DNA of 64,000 bases from the NCBI GenBank assembly GCA_964016885.1, contig OZ024742.1, positions 179,428,001 to 179,492,000 on the forward strand, read 5' to 3'. The notes below the pieces were generated by a model. It was not told the origin of the DNA and did no database searches. It saw only the letters and a list, made by a program, of their open reading frames with translations. The DNA comes from Eledone cirrhosa. Its lineage: Eukaryota. Shown one piece after another: positions 1 through 13,100 of the stretch. The position numbers and the translations under genes are program-made. Numbering within the stretch: position 1 is the first letter of the stretch; each line of letters opens with the position of its first letter.

Positions 1-502
1 AAATTAAATTAAATTAAATTAAATTAAATTAAATTAAATTAAATTAAATTAAATTAAATTAAATTAAATTAAATTAAATTAAATTAAATTAAATTAAATT
101 AAATTAAATTAAATTAAATTAAATTAAATTAAATTAAATTAAATTAAATTAAATTAAATTAAATTAAATTAAATTAAATTAAATTAAATTAAATTAAATT
201 AAATTAAATTAAATTAAATTAAATTAAATTAAATTAAATTAAATTAAATTAAATTAAATTAAATTAAATTAAATTAAATTAAATTAAATTAAATTAAATT
301 AAATTAAATTAAATTAAATTCAATTCAATTCAATTCAATTCAATTCAATTCAATTCAATTACATTACATTACATTACATTACATTACATTACATTACATT
401 ACATTAAATTAATTAAATTAAATTAAATTAAATTAAATTAAATTAAATTAAATTAAATTAAATTAAATTAAATTAAATTAAATTAAATTAAATTAAATTA
501 AA
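1..502 (+). repeat. Pentanucleotide microsatellite (AAATT)n with internal (CAATT)n and (ACATT)n blocks
   Basis: Perfect AAATT repeats at 1-320, CAATT at 321-360, ACATT at 361-405, then AAATT again. The array runs off the window start. Confidence 0.97.
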
Positions 503-720
503 TATTTAATTAATTAATTAATTATATTTTTTTATTTTATTTTTTTATTTTTTATTAATTACTTTATTAATTAATTAATTATCTTAGTTCATTTTATTTC
601 AATTTAATTTAATTCAATTTAATTTAATTTAATTTAATTTAATTTAATTTTATTTTATTTTATTTTATTTTATTTTATTTTATTTTATTTTATTTTATTT
701 TATTTTATTTTATTTTAGTT
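503..720 (+). repeat. AT-rich low-complexity tract ending in (AATTT)n then (ATTTT)n
   Basis: From ~601 the pentamer is the reverse complement of the 1-502 unit, then grades into TTTTA. Confidence 0.9.
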
Positions 721-791
721 AAAAAACGAAACCGGGGTAGCTAAAAAAACAAAAGTAAAGAAAACCGGTAACCTAAAAAATCAAACGAAAC

Positions 792-1188
792 GAAATTATC
801 TCCCCTGGGCCGGCTGGAAATTATCTCCCCTTGGCCGGCTGGGTATTATCTCCTCTTTGCCGGCTGGAAATTATCTCCCCTTGGCCGGCTGGATAGTATC
901 TCCCCTTGGCCGGCTGGAAGTTATCTCCCCTTGGCCGGCTGGAAAATATCTCCCCTTGGCCGGCTGGAAAATATCTCCCCTTGGCCGGCTGGAAATTATC
1001 TCCCCTTGGACGGCTGGAAAATATCTCCCCTTGGCCGACTGGAAATTATCTCCCCTTGGCCGGCTGGAAATTATCTCCCCTTGGCCGGCTGGAAATTATC
1101 TCCCTTTGGCCGTCTGGAAATTGTCTCCTCTTGGCCGGCTGGAAATTATCTCGCTTTCGCCGGCTGGAAATTATCTCCATTTGGCCGG
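792..1188 (+). repeat. 25-bp minisatellite (TTATCTCCCCTTGGCCGGCTGGAAA) x~16, left copy
   Basis: Unit starts at 796, 821, 846, 871 ... 1171, an exact 25-bp register. Confidence 0.97.
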
Positions 1189-4100
1189 GGCACCCAAATA
1201 AAAAACGGGGCACCCAAATAAAAAACGGAACCCCCCATAAAAAAACGGGACACCCAAATAAAGAACGGGGCACCCAAATAAAAAACGGGGCACCCAAATA
1301 AAAAACGGTCCCCCCCAAATAAAAAACGGGGCACCCAAATAAAAAAACGGACCCCCCCATAAAAAACTGGAAACCCAAATAAGAAACGGACCGCCCCATA
1401 AAAAACGGTGCACCCAAATAAAAATTGCACCCCCCATAAAAAAGGGGCACCCAAATTAAAAAAAGGACCGCCCCATTAAAAAAACGGGTCACCCAAATAA
1501 AAAACGGACCCCTACATAAAAAAACGGGGCACCTAAATAAAAAACGGACCCCCCCATAAAATAACGGGGCACCCAAATAAAAAACGGGTCACCCAAATAA
1601 AAAGCGGAGCCCCCCCCCCATAAAAAAACGGGGCACCCAAATAAAAAACGGACCCCCATAAAAAACGGAGCACCCAAATAAAAAACGGCGCACCAAAATA
1701 ACAAACGGACCCCCCCCATAAAAAACGGTGCACCCAAATAAAAAATGGACCCCCCCATAAAAAAACGGGGCACGGAAATGAAAAACGGACCCCCCCCCAT
1801 AAAAAAATGGGGCACCCAAATAAAAAACGGCCCCCCTCATAAAAAAAACGGTGCACCCAAATAAAAAATGGACGCCCCATAAAAAAACGGGACACCCAAA
1901 TAAAGAACGGACCCCCCATAAAAAAACGGGGCACCCAAATAAAAACCGGACCCCCCCATAAAAAAACTGGGCACCCAAATAAAGAACGGGGCACCCAAAT
2001 AAAAAACGGCCCCCCTCATAAACAAACGGTGCACCCAAATAAAAAACGCGCCACCCAAATAAAGTACGCGGGACCCAAATAAAAAACGACCCCCCAATAC
2101 AAACACGGAGCACCCAAATAAAAAACGGACGGCCACCATAAAAAAACGGGGCACCCAACTAAAAAACGGAACCCCCCATAAAAAAAGGGGCACCCAAATA
2201 AAAAACGGGGCACCCAAATAAAAAACGGAACCCACCCCATAAAAAAACGGGGAACCCAAATAAAAAATGGGGCACCCAAATAAAAAAACTGGGCACCCAA
2301 ATAAAAAACGGACCCCACCCCATTAAAAAACGGGGCACCCAAATAGAAAACGCCCCCCTCTCATAAAAAACGGTGCACCCAAATAAAAAATGGAGCCCCC
2401 ATAAAAAAACGGGGCACCCAAATAAAAAACGGCGCACCCAAATAACAAACGGACCCCCCCATAAAAAAGGTGCACCCAAATAAAAAACGACCCCCCAATA
2501 CAAACACGGGGCACCCAAATAAAAAACGGACGACCACCATAAAAAAACGGGGCACCCAAATAAAAAACGAAACCCCCCATAAAAAAACGGGGAACCCAAA
2601 TAAAAAACGGGGCACCCACATAAAAAAACGGGGCACACAAATAAAAAACGGACCCCACCCCATAAAAAAACAGGGCACCCAAAAGAACGGTGCACCCAAA
2701 TAAAAAATGGAGCCCCCATAAAAAAACGGGGCACCCAAATAAAAAACGGTGCACCCAAATAAAAAATGGACCCCCCATAAAAAAGGGGCACCGAAATAAA
2801 AAACGGACCCCCCCATAAAAAAACGGAGTACCCAAATAAAAAATGGGGCACCCAAATAAAAAACGGCCCCCCTCATAAAAAAACGGTGCACCCAAATAAA
2901 AAATGGACCCCCCATAAAAAAACGATGCACCCAAATAAAAAACAGCCCCCCCCCATAAAAAAACGGGGCACCCAAATAAAAACCGGACCGCCCCCCCCAT
3001 AAAAAAAACGGGACACCCAAATAAAAAACGGACCCCCCCATAAAAAACGGGACACCCAAATAAAAACCGGACCCCCCATAAAAAAAACAGGGCACCCAAA
3101 TAAAAAACGGGACACCCAAATAAAAAACGCCCCCCCCCTCATAAAAAAACGGTGCACCCAAGTAAAGAACGCGGCACCCAAATAAAGTACGCGGGACCCA
3201 AATAAAAAACGACCCCCCAATAGAAACATGGGGCACCCAAATAAAAAACGGACGACCCCCATAAAAAAACGGGGCACCCAAATAAAAAAAGGACCCCCCC
3301 ATAAAAAAAGGGGCACCCAAATAAAAAACGGGGCCCGAAATAAAAAACGGACCTCCCTATAAAAAACGGTGCACCCAAATAAAAAACGACTCCCCAATGG
3401 TAAAACGGGGCACCCAAGTAAAAAACGGACGACCCCCATAAAAAAACGGGGCACTCAAAATAAAAAACGGACCCCCCCCCCCGCATAAAAAACGCGGCAC
3501 CCAAATAAAAAACGGGGCACCCAAATAAGAAACGGGGCACCCAAATAAAAAACGGAACACCCAAATAAAAAACGACCCCCAATAAAAAGAACGGGGCACC
3601 CATATAAAAAACGACCCCCCAATTAAAAAACGGGGCACCCAAATAAAAAACGGCCCCCTCATAAAAAAACGGTGCACCCTAATAAAAAATGGACCCCCCA
3701 TCAAAAAACGGGGCACCCAAATAAAAAACGGACCCCCCCATAAAAAAACTGGGCACCCAAATAAAAAACGACCCCCGAATAGTAAAACGGGGCACCCAAA
3801 TAAATAGCGGACGACCCCCATAAAAAACGGTGCACCCAAATAAAAAATGGACCTCCCCATAAAAAAACGGGGCACCCAAATAAAAAACGGGGCACCCAAA
3901 TAAAAAACGGACCCCTCCCTTAAAAAACGGGGCACCAAAATTAAAAACGGGGCACCCAAATAAGAAACGGGGCACCCAAATAAAAAACGGAACCACCCAT
4001 AAAAAAACGGGGCACCCAGATAAAAGAACGGGGCACCCAAATAAAAAACGGGCCCCCCATAAAAAAACGGGGCACCCAAATGAAAAACGGACCCCCCATA

Positions 4101-7100
4101 AAAAAACGGGGCACCCAGATAAAAAAACGGGGCACCCAAATAATAAACGGACGACCCCCATAAAAAAACGGGGCACCCAAATAAAAAACGGCCCCCCCAT
4201 AAAGAAACGGGGCACCCAAATAAAAAACGGGGCTCCCAAATAAAAAACGCGGGACCCAAATAAAAAACGGAACCACCCATAAAAAAACGGGGCACCCAAA
4301 TAAAAAACGGACCCCCCATAAAAAAACGGGGCACCCAAATAAAAAAACGGGGCACCCAAATAATAAACGGACGACCCCCATAAAAAAACGGGGCACCCAA
4401 ATAAAAAACGGCCCCCCCATAAAGAAACGGGGCACCCAAATAAAAAACGGGGCACCCAAATAAAAAACGCGGGACCCAAATTAAAAACGACCCCCCAATA
4501 AAAAAACGGGGCACCCAAATAAAAAACGGGGCACCCAAATAAGAAACGGGGCACCCAAATAGAAAACGGAGCCACCCATAAAAAAACGGGGCACCCAAAT
4601 AAAAGAACGGGGCACCCAAATAAAAAACGGACCCCCCATAAAAAAACGGGGCACCCAAATAAAAAAACGGGGCACCCAAATAAAAAACGGAACACCCAAA
4701 TAAAAAACGACCCACCAATAAAAAAAAACGGAGCACCCAAATAAAAAACGGACGACCCCCATAAAAAAACGGGGCACCCAAATAAAAAACGGGGCACCCA
4801 AATAAAAAACGCGGGACCCAAATAAAAAACGACCCCCCAATTAAAAAACGTGACACCAAAATAAAAAACGCGGGACCCAAATAAAAAACGACACCCGAAT
4901 AGTAAAACGGGGCACCCAAATAAAAAGCGGACGACCCCCATAAAAAACGGTGCACCCAAATAAAAAATGGACCTCCCTATAAAAAACGGGGCACCCAAAT
5001 AAAAAACGGGGCACCCAAATAAAAAACGGGGCACCCAAATAAAAAACGGACCCCTCCCTTAAAAAACGGGGCACCAAAATTAAAAACGGGGCACCCAAAT
5101 AAGAAACGGGGCAGCCAAATAAAAAACGGAACCACCCATAAAAAAACGGGGCACCCAAATAAAAGAACGGGGCCCCCCATAAAAAAACGGGGCACCCAAA
5201 TAAAGAAACGGGGCACCCAAATAAAAAACGGACCCATCCCTTAAAAAACGGGGCACCAAAATTAAAAACGGGGCACCCAAATAAGAAACGGGGCACCCAA
5301 ATAAAAAACGGCCCCCCCATAAAGAAACGGGGCACCCAAATAAAAAACGGGGCACCCAAATAAAAAACGCGGGACCCAAATTAAAAACGACCCCCCAATA
5401 AAAAAACGGGGCACCCAAATAAAAAACGGGGCACCCAAATAAAAAACGGGGCACCCAAATAAGAAACGGGGCACCCAAATAGAAAACGGAGCCACCCATA
5501 AAAAAACGGGGCACCCAAATAAAAGAACGGGGCACCCAAATAAAAAACGGACCCCCCATAAAAAAACGGGGCACCCAAATAAAAAAACGGGGCACCCAAA
5601 TAAAAAACGGAACACCCAAATAAAAAACGACCCACCAATAAAAAAAAACGGAGCACCCAAATAAAAAACGGACGACCCCCATAAAAAAACGGGGCACCCA
5701 AATAAAAAACGGGGCACCCAAATAAAAAACGCGGGACCCAAATAAAAAACGACCCCCCAATTAAAAAACGTGACACCAAAATAAAAAACGCGGGACCCAA
5801 ATAAAAAACGACCCCCCAATAAAAAAACGGGGCACCCAAATAAAAAACGGACGACCCCCATAAAAAACGGTGCACCCAAATAAAAAATGGACCTCCCTAT
5901 AAAAAACGGGGCACCCAAATAAAAAACGGGGCACCCAAATAAAAAACGGGGCACCCAAATAAAAAACGGACCCCTCCCTTAAAAAACGGGGCACCAAAAT
6001 TAAAAACGGGGCACCCAAATAAGAAACGGGGCAGCCAAATAAAAAACGGAACCACCCATAAAAAAACGGGGCACCCAAATAAAAGAACGGGGCCCCCCAT
6101 AAAAAAACGGGGCACCCAAATAAAGAAACGGGGCACCCAAATAAAAAACGGACCCATCCCTTAAAAAACGGGGCACCAAAATTAAAAACGGGGCACCCAA
6201 ATAAGAAACGGGGCACTCAAATAAAAAACGGAACCACCCATAAAAAAACGGGGCACCCAAATAAAAGAACGGGCACCCAAATAAAAAACGGGCCCCCCAT
6301 AAAAAAACGGGGCACCCAAATAAAAAACGGGGCACCCAAATAAAAAGCGGAACACCCAAATAAAAAACGACCCACCAATAAAAAAAAACGGGGCACCCAA
6401 ATAAAAAACGGACGACCCCCATAAAAAAACGTTGCACCCAAATAAAAAACGGACCCCCCCCATAAAGATACGGGGCACCCAAATAAAAAACGGGGCACCC
6501 AAATAAAAAACGCTGGACCCAAATAAAAAACGACGCCCAATAGTAAAACGGGGCACCCAAATAAAAACGGACGACCCCCATAAAAAAACAGGGCACTCAA
6601 ATAAAAAACGGACCCCCCCCGCATAAAAAAACGGGGCACCCAAATAAAAAACGGGGCACCCAAATAAGAAACGGGGCACCGAAATAAAAAACGGAACCAC
6701 CCATAAAAAACGGGGCACCCAAATAAAAAAACGGGGCACCCAAATAAAAAACGGAACACCCAAATAAAAAACGACCCCCCAATAAAAAAAACGGGTCACC
6801 CAAATAAAAAACGGACGACCCCCATAAAAAAACGGGGCACCCAAATAAAAAACGGGGCACCCAAATAAAAAACGCGGGACCCAAATAAAAAACGACCCCC
6901 CAATTAAAAAACGGGGCACCCAAATAAAAAACGGCCCCCTCATAAAAAACGGTGCACCCTAATAAAAAAAGGACCCCCCATCAAAAAACAGGGCACCCAA
7001 ATAAAAAACGGACCCCCCCCATAAAAAAACTGGGCACCCAAATAAAAAACGGGGCACCCAAATAAAAAGCAGACGACCCCCATAAAAAACGGTGCACCCA

Positions 7101-10100
7101 AATAAAGAATGGACCTCCCCATAAAAAAACGGGGCACCCAAATAAAAAACGGACCCCTCCCTTAAAAAACGGGGCACCAAAATTAAAAACGAGGCACCCA
7201 AATAAGAAACGGGGCACCCAAATAAAAAACGGAACCACCCATAAAAAAACGGGGCACCCAAATAAAAAACGGGGCACCCAAATAAAAAACGCTGGACCCA
7301 AATAAAAAACGACCCCCAATAGTAAAACGGGGCACCCAAATAAAAACGGACGACCCCCTTAAAAAAACAGGGCACTCAAATAAAAAACGGACCCCCCCCC
7401 CCGCATAAAAAACGGGGCACCCAAATAAGAAACGGGGCACCCAAATAAAAAACGGAAACACCCATAAAAAACGGGGCACCCAAATAAAAAACGGGGCACC
7501 CAAATAAAAAACGCGGGACCCAAATAAAAAACGACCCCCCAATTAAAAAACGGGGCACCCAAATAAAAAACGGCCCCCTCATAAAAAAACGGTGCACCCT
7601 AATAAAAAATGGACCCCCCATCAAAAAACTGGGCACCCAAATAAAAAACGGGGCACCCAAATAAAAAAAGCGGGACCCAAATAAAAAACGACCCCCGAAT
7701 AGTAAAACGGGGCACCCAAATAAAAAGCAGACGACCCCCATAAAAAACGGTGCACCCAAATAAAGAATGGACCTCCCCATAAAAAAACGGGGCACCCAAA
7801 TAAAAAACGGACCCCTCCCTTAAAAAACGGGCACCAAAATTAAAAACGAGGCACCCAAATAAGAAACGGGGCACCCAAATAAAAAACGGAACCACCCATA
7901 AAAAAACGGGGCACCCAAATAAAAGAACGGGGCACCCAAATAAAAAACGGGCCCCCCATAAAAAAACGGGGCACCCAAATAAAAAAACGGGGCACCCAAA
8001 TAAATAACGGACCCCCCATAAAAAAACGGAGCACCCAATTAAAAAACGGACCCCCCCATAAAAAACGGGGCACCCAAATAAAAAACGGGGTACCCAAATA
8101 AAAAACGGACCCCCCCCATAAAAAAACGGGGCACCCAAATAAATAACTGACCCCGCCCATAAAAAAACGGGGCACCCAAATTAAAAATGGACCCCCCCCA
8201 TAAAAAAACGGGGCACAAAAATAAAAAACGGGGTACCCAAATAAAAAAACGGACCCCCCCTAAAAAAACGGGGCACCCATATAAAAAACGGGGTACCCAA
8301 ATAAAAAACGGGGTAACCAAATAAAATACGGACCCCCCCCATTAAAAAACGGGGCACCCAAATAAATAACGGACGCCCCCATAAAAAAAACGGAGCACCC
8401 AATTAAAAAACGGACCGCCCCATAAAAAATGGGGCACCCAAATAAAAAACGGGGTACCCAAATAAAAAACGGACCCCCCCATAAAAAAACGGGGCACCCA
8501 AATAAAAAACGGGGTACCCAAATAAAAAACGGACCCCCCCATAAAAAACGTGTCACCCAAATAAAAAACGGATCCCCCCATAAAAGAACGGGGCACCCAA
8601 ATAAAAAACGAGGTACCCAAATAAAAAACGGACCCCCCCATAAAAAAACGAGGCACCCAAATAAAAAACGGGGTACCCAAATAAAAAACGGACCCCCCCA
8701 TAAAAAAACGGGGCACTCAAATAAAAAACGGAACCCCCATAAAAAAACGGGTCACCCAAATAAAAAACGGGGTACCCAAATAAAAAACGGACCCCCCCCC
8801 ATAAAAAAACGGGGCACACAAATAAAAAACGGGGTACCCAAATAAAAAACGGGATAACCAAATAAAATACGGACCCCCCCATAAAAAACGGGGCACCCAA
8901 ATAAAAAACGGGGTACACAAATAAAAAACGGACCCCCCCCTAAAAAACGGGGCACCCAAATAAAAAACGGGGTACACAAATAAAAAACGGACCCCCCCCA
9001 TAAAAAAACGGGGCACCCAAATAAATAACTGACCCCGCCCATAAAAAAACGGGGCACCCAAATTAAAGATGGACCCCCCCATAAAAAAACGGGCACAAAA
9101 ATAAAAAACGAGGTACCCAAATAAAAAAACGGACCCCCCCTAAAAAAACGGGGCACCCATATAAAAAACGGGGTACCCAAATAAAAAACGGGGTAACCAA
9201 ATAAAAAACGGACCCCCCCCATAAAAAAGCGGGGCACCCAAATAAATAACGGACCCCCCCATAAAAAAACGGAGCACCCAATTAAAAAACGGACCACCCC
9301 ATAAAAAACGGGACACCCAAATAAAAAACGGGGTACCCAAATAAAAAACGGACCCCCCCATAATAAAACGGGGCACACAAATAAAAAACGGGGTACCCAA
9401 ACAAAAAACGGGGTACCCAAATAGAAAACGGACCCCCAATAAAAAAACCGGGTACCCAAATAAAAAACGGACCCCCCCCCCATAAAAAAAGGGGCACCCA
9501 AATATAAAACGGGGTACCCAAATAAAAAACGGGGCACCCAAATAAAAAACGGACCCCCCCATAAAAAAACGGGGCACCCAAATAAAAAACGGGGTACCCA
9601 AATAAAAAACGTGGCACCCAAATAAAGAACGGACCCCCCCCCCATAAAAAAATGGGGCACCCAAATAAAAAACGGGGTACCCAAATAAAAAACGGGGTAA
9701 CCAAATAAAAAACGGACCCCCCATAAAAAAACGGGCCACCCAAATAAATAACGGACCCCCCATAAAAAAACGGAGCACCCAATTAAAAAACGGACACCCC
9801 CATAAAAAACGGGGCACCCAAATAAAAAACGGGGTACCCAAATAAGAAACGGACCCCCCCATAAAAAAACCGGGGCACTCAAATAAAAGACGGGGTACCC
9901 AAATAAAAAACGTGGCACCCAAATAAAAAACGGACCCCCCCATAAAAAAACGGGGCACCCAAATAAAAAACGGGGTACCCAAATAAAAAACGTGGCACCC
10001 AAATAAAAAGCGGACCCCCCTAAAAAAACGGGTCACCCAAATAAAAAACGGGGTACCCAAATAAAAAACGGGGTACCCAAATAAAAAACGGGGTACCCAA

Positions 10101-13100
10101 ATAAAAAACGGACCCCCCCATAATAAAACGGGGCACACAAATAAAAACCGGACCCCCCCATAAAAGAACGGGGCACCCAAATAAAAAACGGGGTACCCAA
10201 ATATAAAACGGCGCACCCAAATAAAAAAACGGGGCACCCAAATAAAAAACGGGGTACCCAAATAAAAAACGGACCCCCCCCCATAAAAAAACGGGGCACC
10301 CAAATAAAAAACGGGGTACCCAAATAAAAAACGGACCCCCCCTAAAAAAACGGGGCACCCAAATTAAAAATGGACCCCCCCCCATAAAAAAACGGGGCAC
10401 AAAAATAAAAAACGGGGTACCCAAATAAAAAACCAACCCCCCTCCCATAAAAAACGGGGTACCCAATTAAAAAACGGGGTACCCAAATAAAAAACGCCCC
10501 CCCCCCTAAAAAAACGGGACACCCAAATAAAAAACGTGGCACCCAAATAAAAAACGGCCCCCCCCATAAAAGAACGGGGCACTCAAATAAAAAACGGAAC
10601 CCCCCATAAAAAAACGGGTCACCTAAATAAAAAACAGGGTACCCAAATAAAAAACGGACCCCCCATAAAAAACGGGGCACCCAAATAAAAAACGGGGTAC
10701 CCAAATAAAAAACGGACCCCCCCCCATAAAAAAACGGGGCACCCAAATAAAAAACGGGGTACCCAAATAAAAAACGGGGTAACCAAATAAAAAACGCACC
10801 CCCCCCCCCATAAAAAAACGGGGCACCCAAATAAAAAACGGGGTACCCAAATAAAAAACGGGGTAACCAAATAAAAAACGGACCCCCCCCATAAAAAAAC
10901 GGGGCACCCAAATAAATAACGGACCCCCCCATAAAAAAACCGAGCACCCAATTAAAAAACAGACCCCCCCATAAAAAACGGGACACCCAAATAAAAAACA
11001 CCCCCCCCATAAAAAAACGGGGCACCCAAATAAAAGACGGGGTACCCAAATAAAATACGTGGCACCCAAATAAAAAACGCCCCCCCCCCCCCATAAAAAA
11101 ACGGGACACCCAAATAAAAAACGGGGTACCCAAATAAAAAACGGACCCCCCCCATAATAAAACGGGGCACACAAATAAAAAACGGGGCACCCAAATAAAA
11201 AACGGACCCCCAATAAAAAAACGGGGCACCCAAATAAAAAAAGGGGCACCCAAATAAAAATCGGACCCCCAATAAAAAAACGGGGCACCCAAATAAAAAA
11301 AGGGGCACCCAAATAAAAATCGGACCCCCCCATAAAAAAACGGGGCACCCAAATAAAAAACGTGGTACCCAAATAAAAAACGTGGCACCCAAATAAAAAA
11401 CGGACCCCCCATAAAAAAACGTGTCACCCAAATAAAAAACGGACCCCCCCATAAAAGAACGGGGCACCCAAATAAAAAACGGGGTACCCAAATAAAAACG
11501 GACCCCCCCATAAAAAAACGGGGCACCCAAATAATAAACGGACCCCCCCATAAAAAAACGGGGCACCCAAATAAAAAACGTGTCACCCAAATAAAAAACG
11601 TACCCCCCCATAAAAGAACGGGGCACCCAAATAAAAAACGGGGTACCCAAATAAAAAACGGACCCCCCCATAAAAAAACGGGGCACCCTTATAATAAACG
11701 GACCCCCCCATAAAAAAACGGGGCACCCAAATAAAAAACGGGGTACCCAAATTAAGAACGGACCGCCCCCATAAAAAAACGGGGCACCCAAATAAAAAAC
11801 GGGGTACCCAAATAAAAAACGGGGTAACCAAATAAAAAACGGACCCCCCATAAAAAAACGGGGCACCCAAATAAAAAACGGACCCCCCATAAAATAATTT
11901 GTCACCCAAATAAAAAACGGACCCCCCATAAAATAACGGGGCACCCAAATAAAAAACGGGGTACCCAAATAAAAAACGGACCCCCCCATAGAAAAACCAG
12001 GCACCCAAATAAAAAATGGGGTACCCAAATAAAAAACGGACCCCCCCATAAAAAAACGGGGCACTCAAATAAAAAACGGATCCCCCCATAAAAAAACGGG
12101 TCACCCAAATAAAAAATGGGGCACCCAAATAAAAAACGGGGTACCCAAATATAAAACGGCGCACCCAAATAAAAAAACGGGGCACCCAAATAAAAAACGG
12201 GGTACCCAAACAAAAAACGGCCCCCCCATAAAAAAACGGGGCACCCAAATAAAAAACGGGGTACCCAAATAAAAAACGGACCCCCCCATAAAAAAACAGG
12301 GCACCCAAATAAAAAACGGACCACCCCCATAAAAAAATGGGGCACCCAAATAAATAACTGACCCCGCCCATAAAAAAACGGGGCACCCAAATTAAAAATG
12401 AACCCCCCCATAAAAAAACGGGGCACAAAAATAAAAAACGGGTACCCAAATAAAAAAACGGACCCCCCCTAAAAAAACGGGGCACCCAAATAAAAAACGG
12501 GGTACCCAAATAAAAAACGGGGTAACCAAATAAAAAACGGACCCCCCCATAAAAAAACGGGGCACCCAAATAAATAACGTACCCCACCATAAAAAAACGG
12601 AGCACCCAATTAAAAAACGGACCCCCCCATAAAAAACGGGGCACCCAAATAAAAAACGGGGTACCCAAATAAAAAACGGACCCCCCCATAAAAAAACGGG
12701 GCACCCAAATAAAAAACGGGGTACCCAAATAAAAAACGTGACACTCAAATAAAAAACGTAACCCCCCATAGAAAAACGGGTCACCCAAATAAAAAACGGG
12801 GTACCCAAATAAAAAACGGACACCCCCCATAAAAAATGGGGCACCCAAATAAAAAACGGGGTACCCAAATAAAAACGGACCCCCCCATAATAAAACGGGG
12901 CACACAAATAAAAAACGGACCCTCCCATAAAAGAACGGGGCACCCAATTAAAAAACGGGGTACCCAAATAAAAAACGGCGCACCCAAATAAAAAACAGGG
13001 TACCCAAATAAAAAACGGCGCACCCAAATAAAAAAACGGGGTACCCAAATAAAAAACGGGGTAACCAAATAAAAAACGGACCCCCCCCCATAAAAAAACG

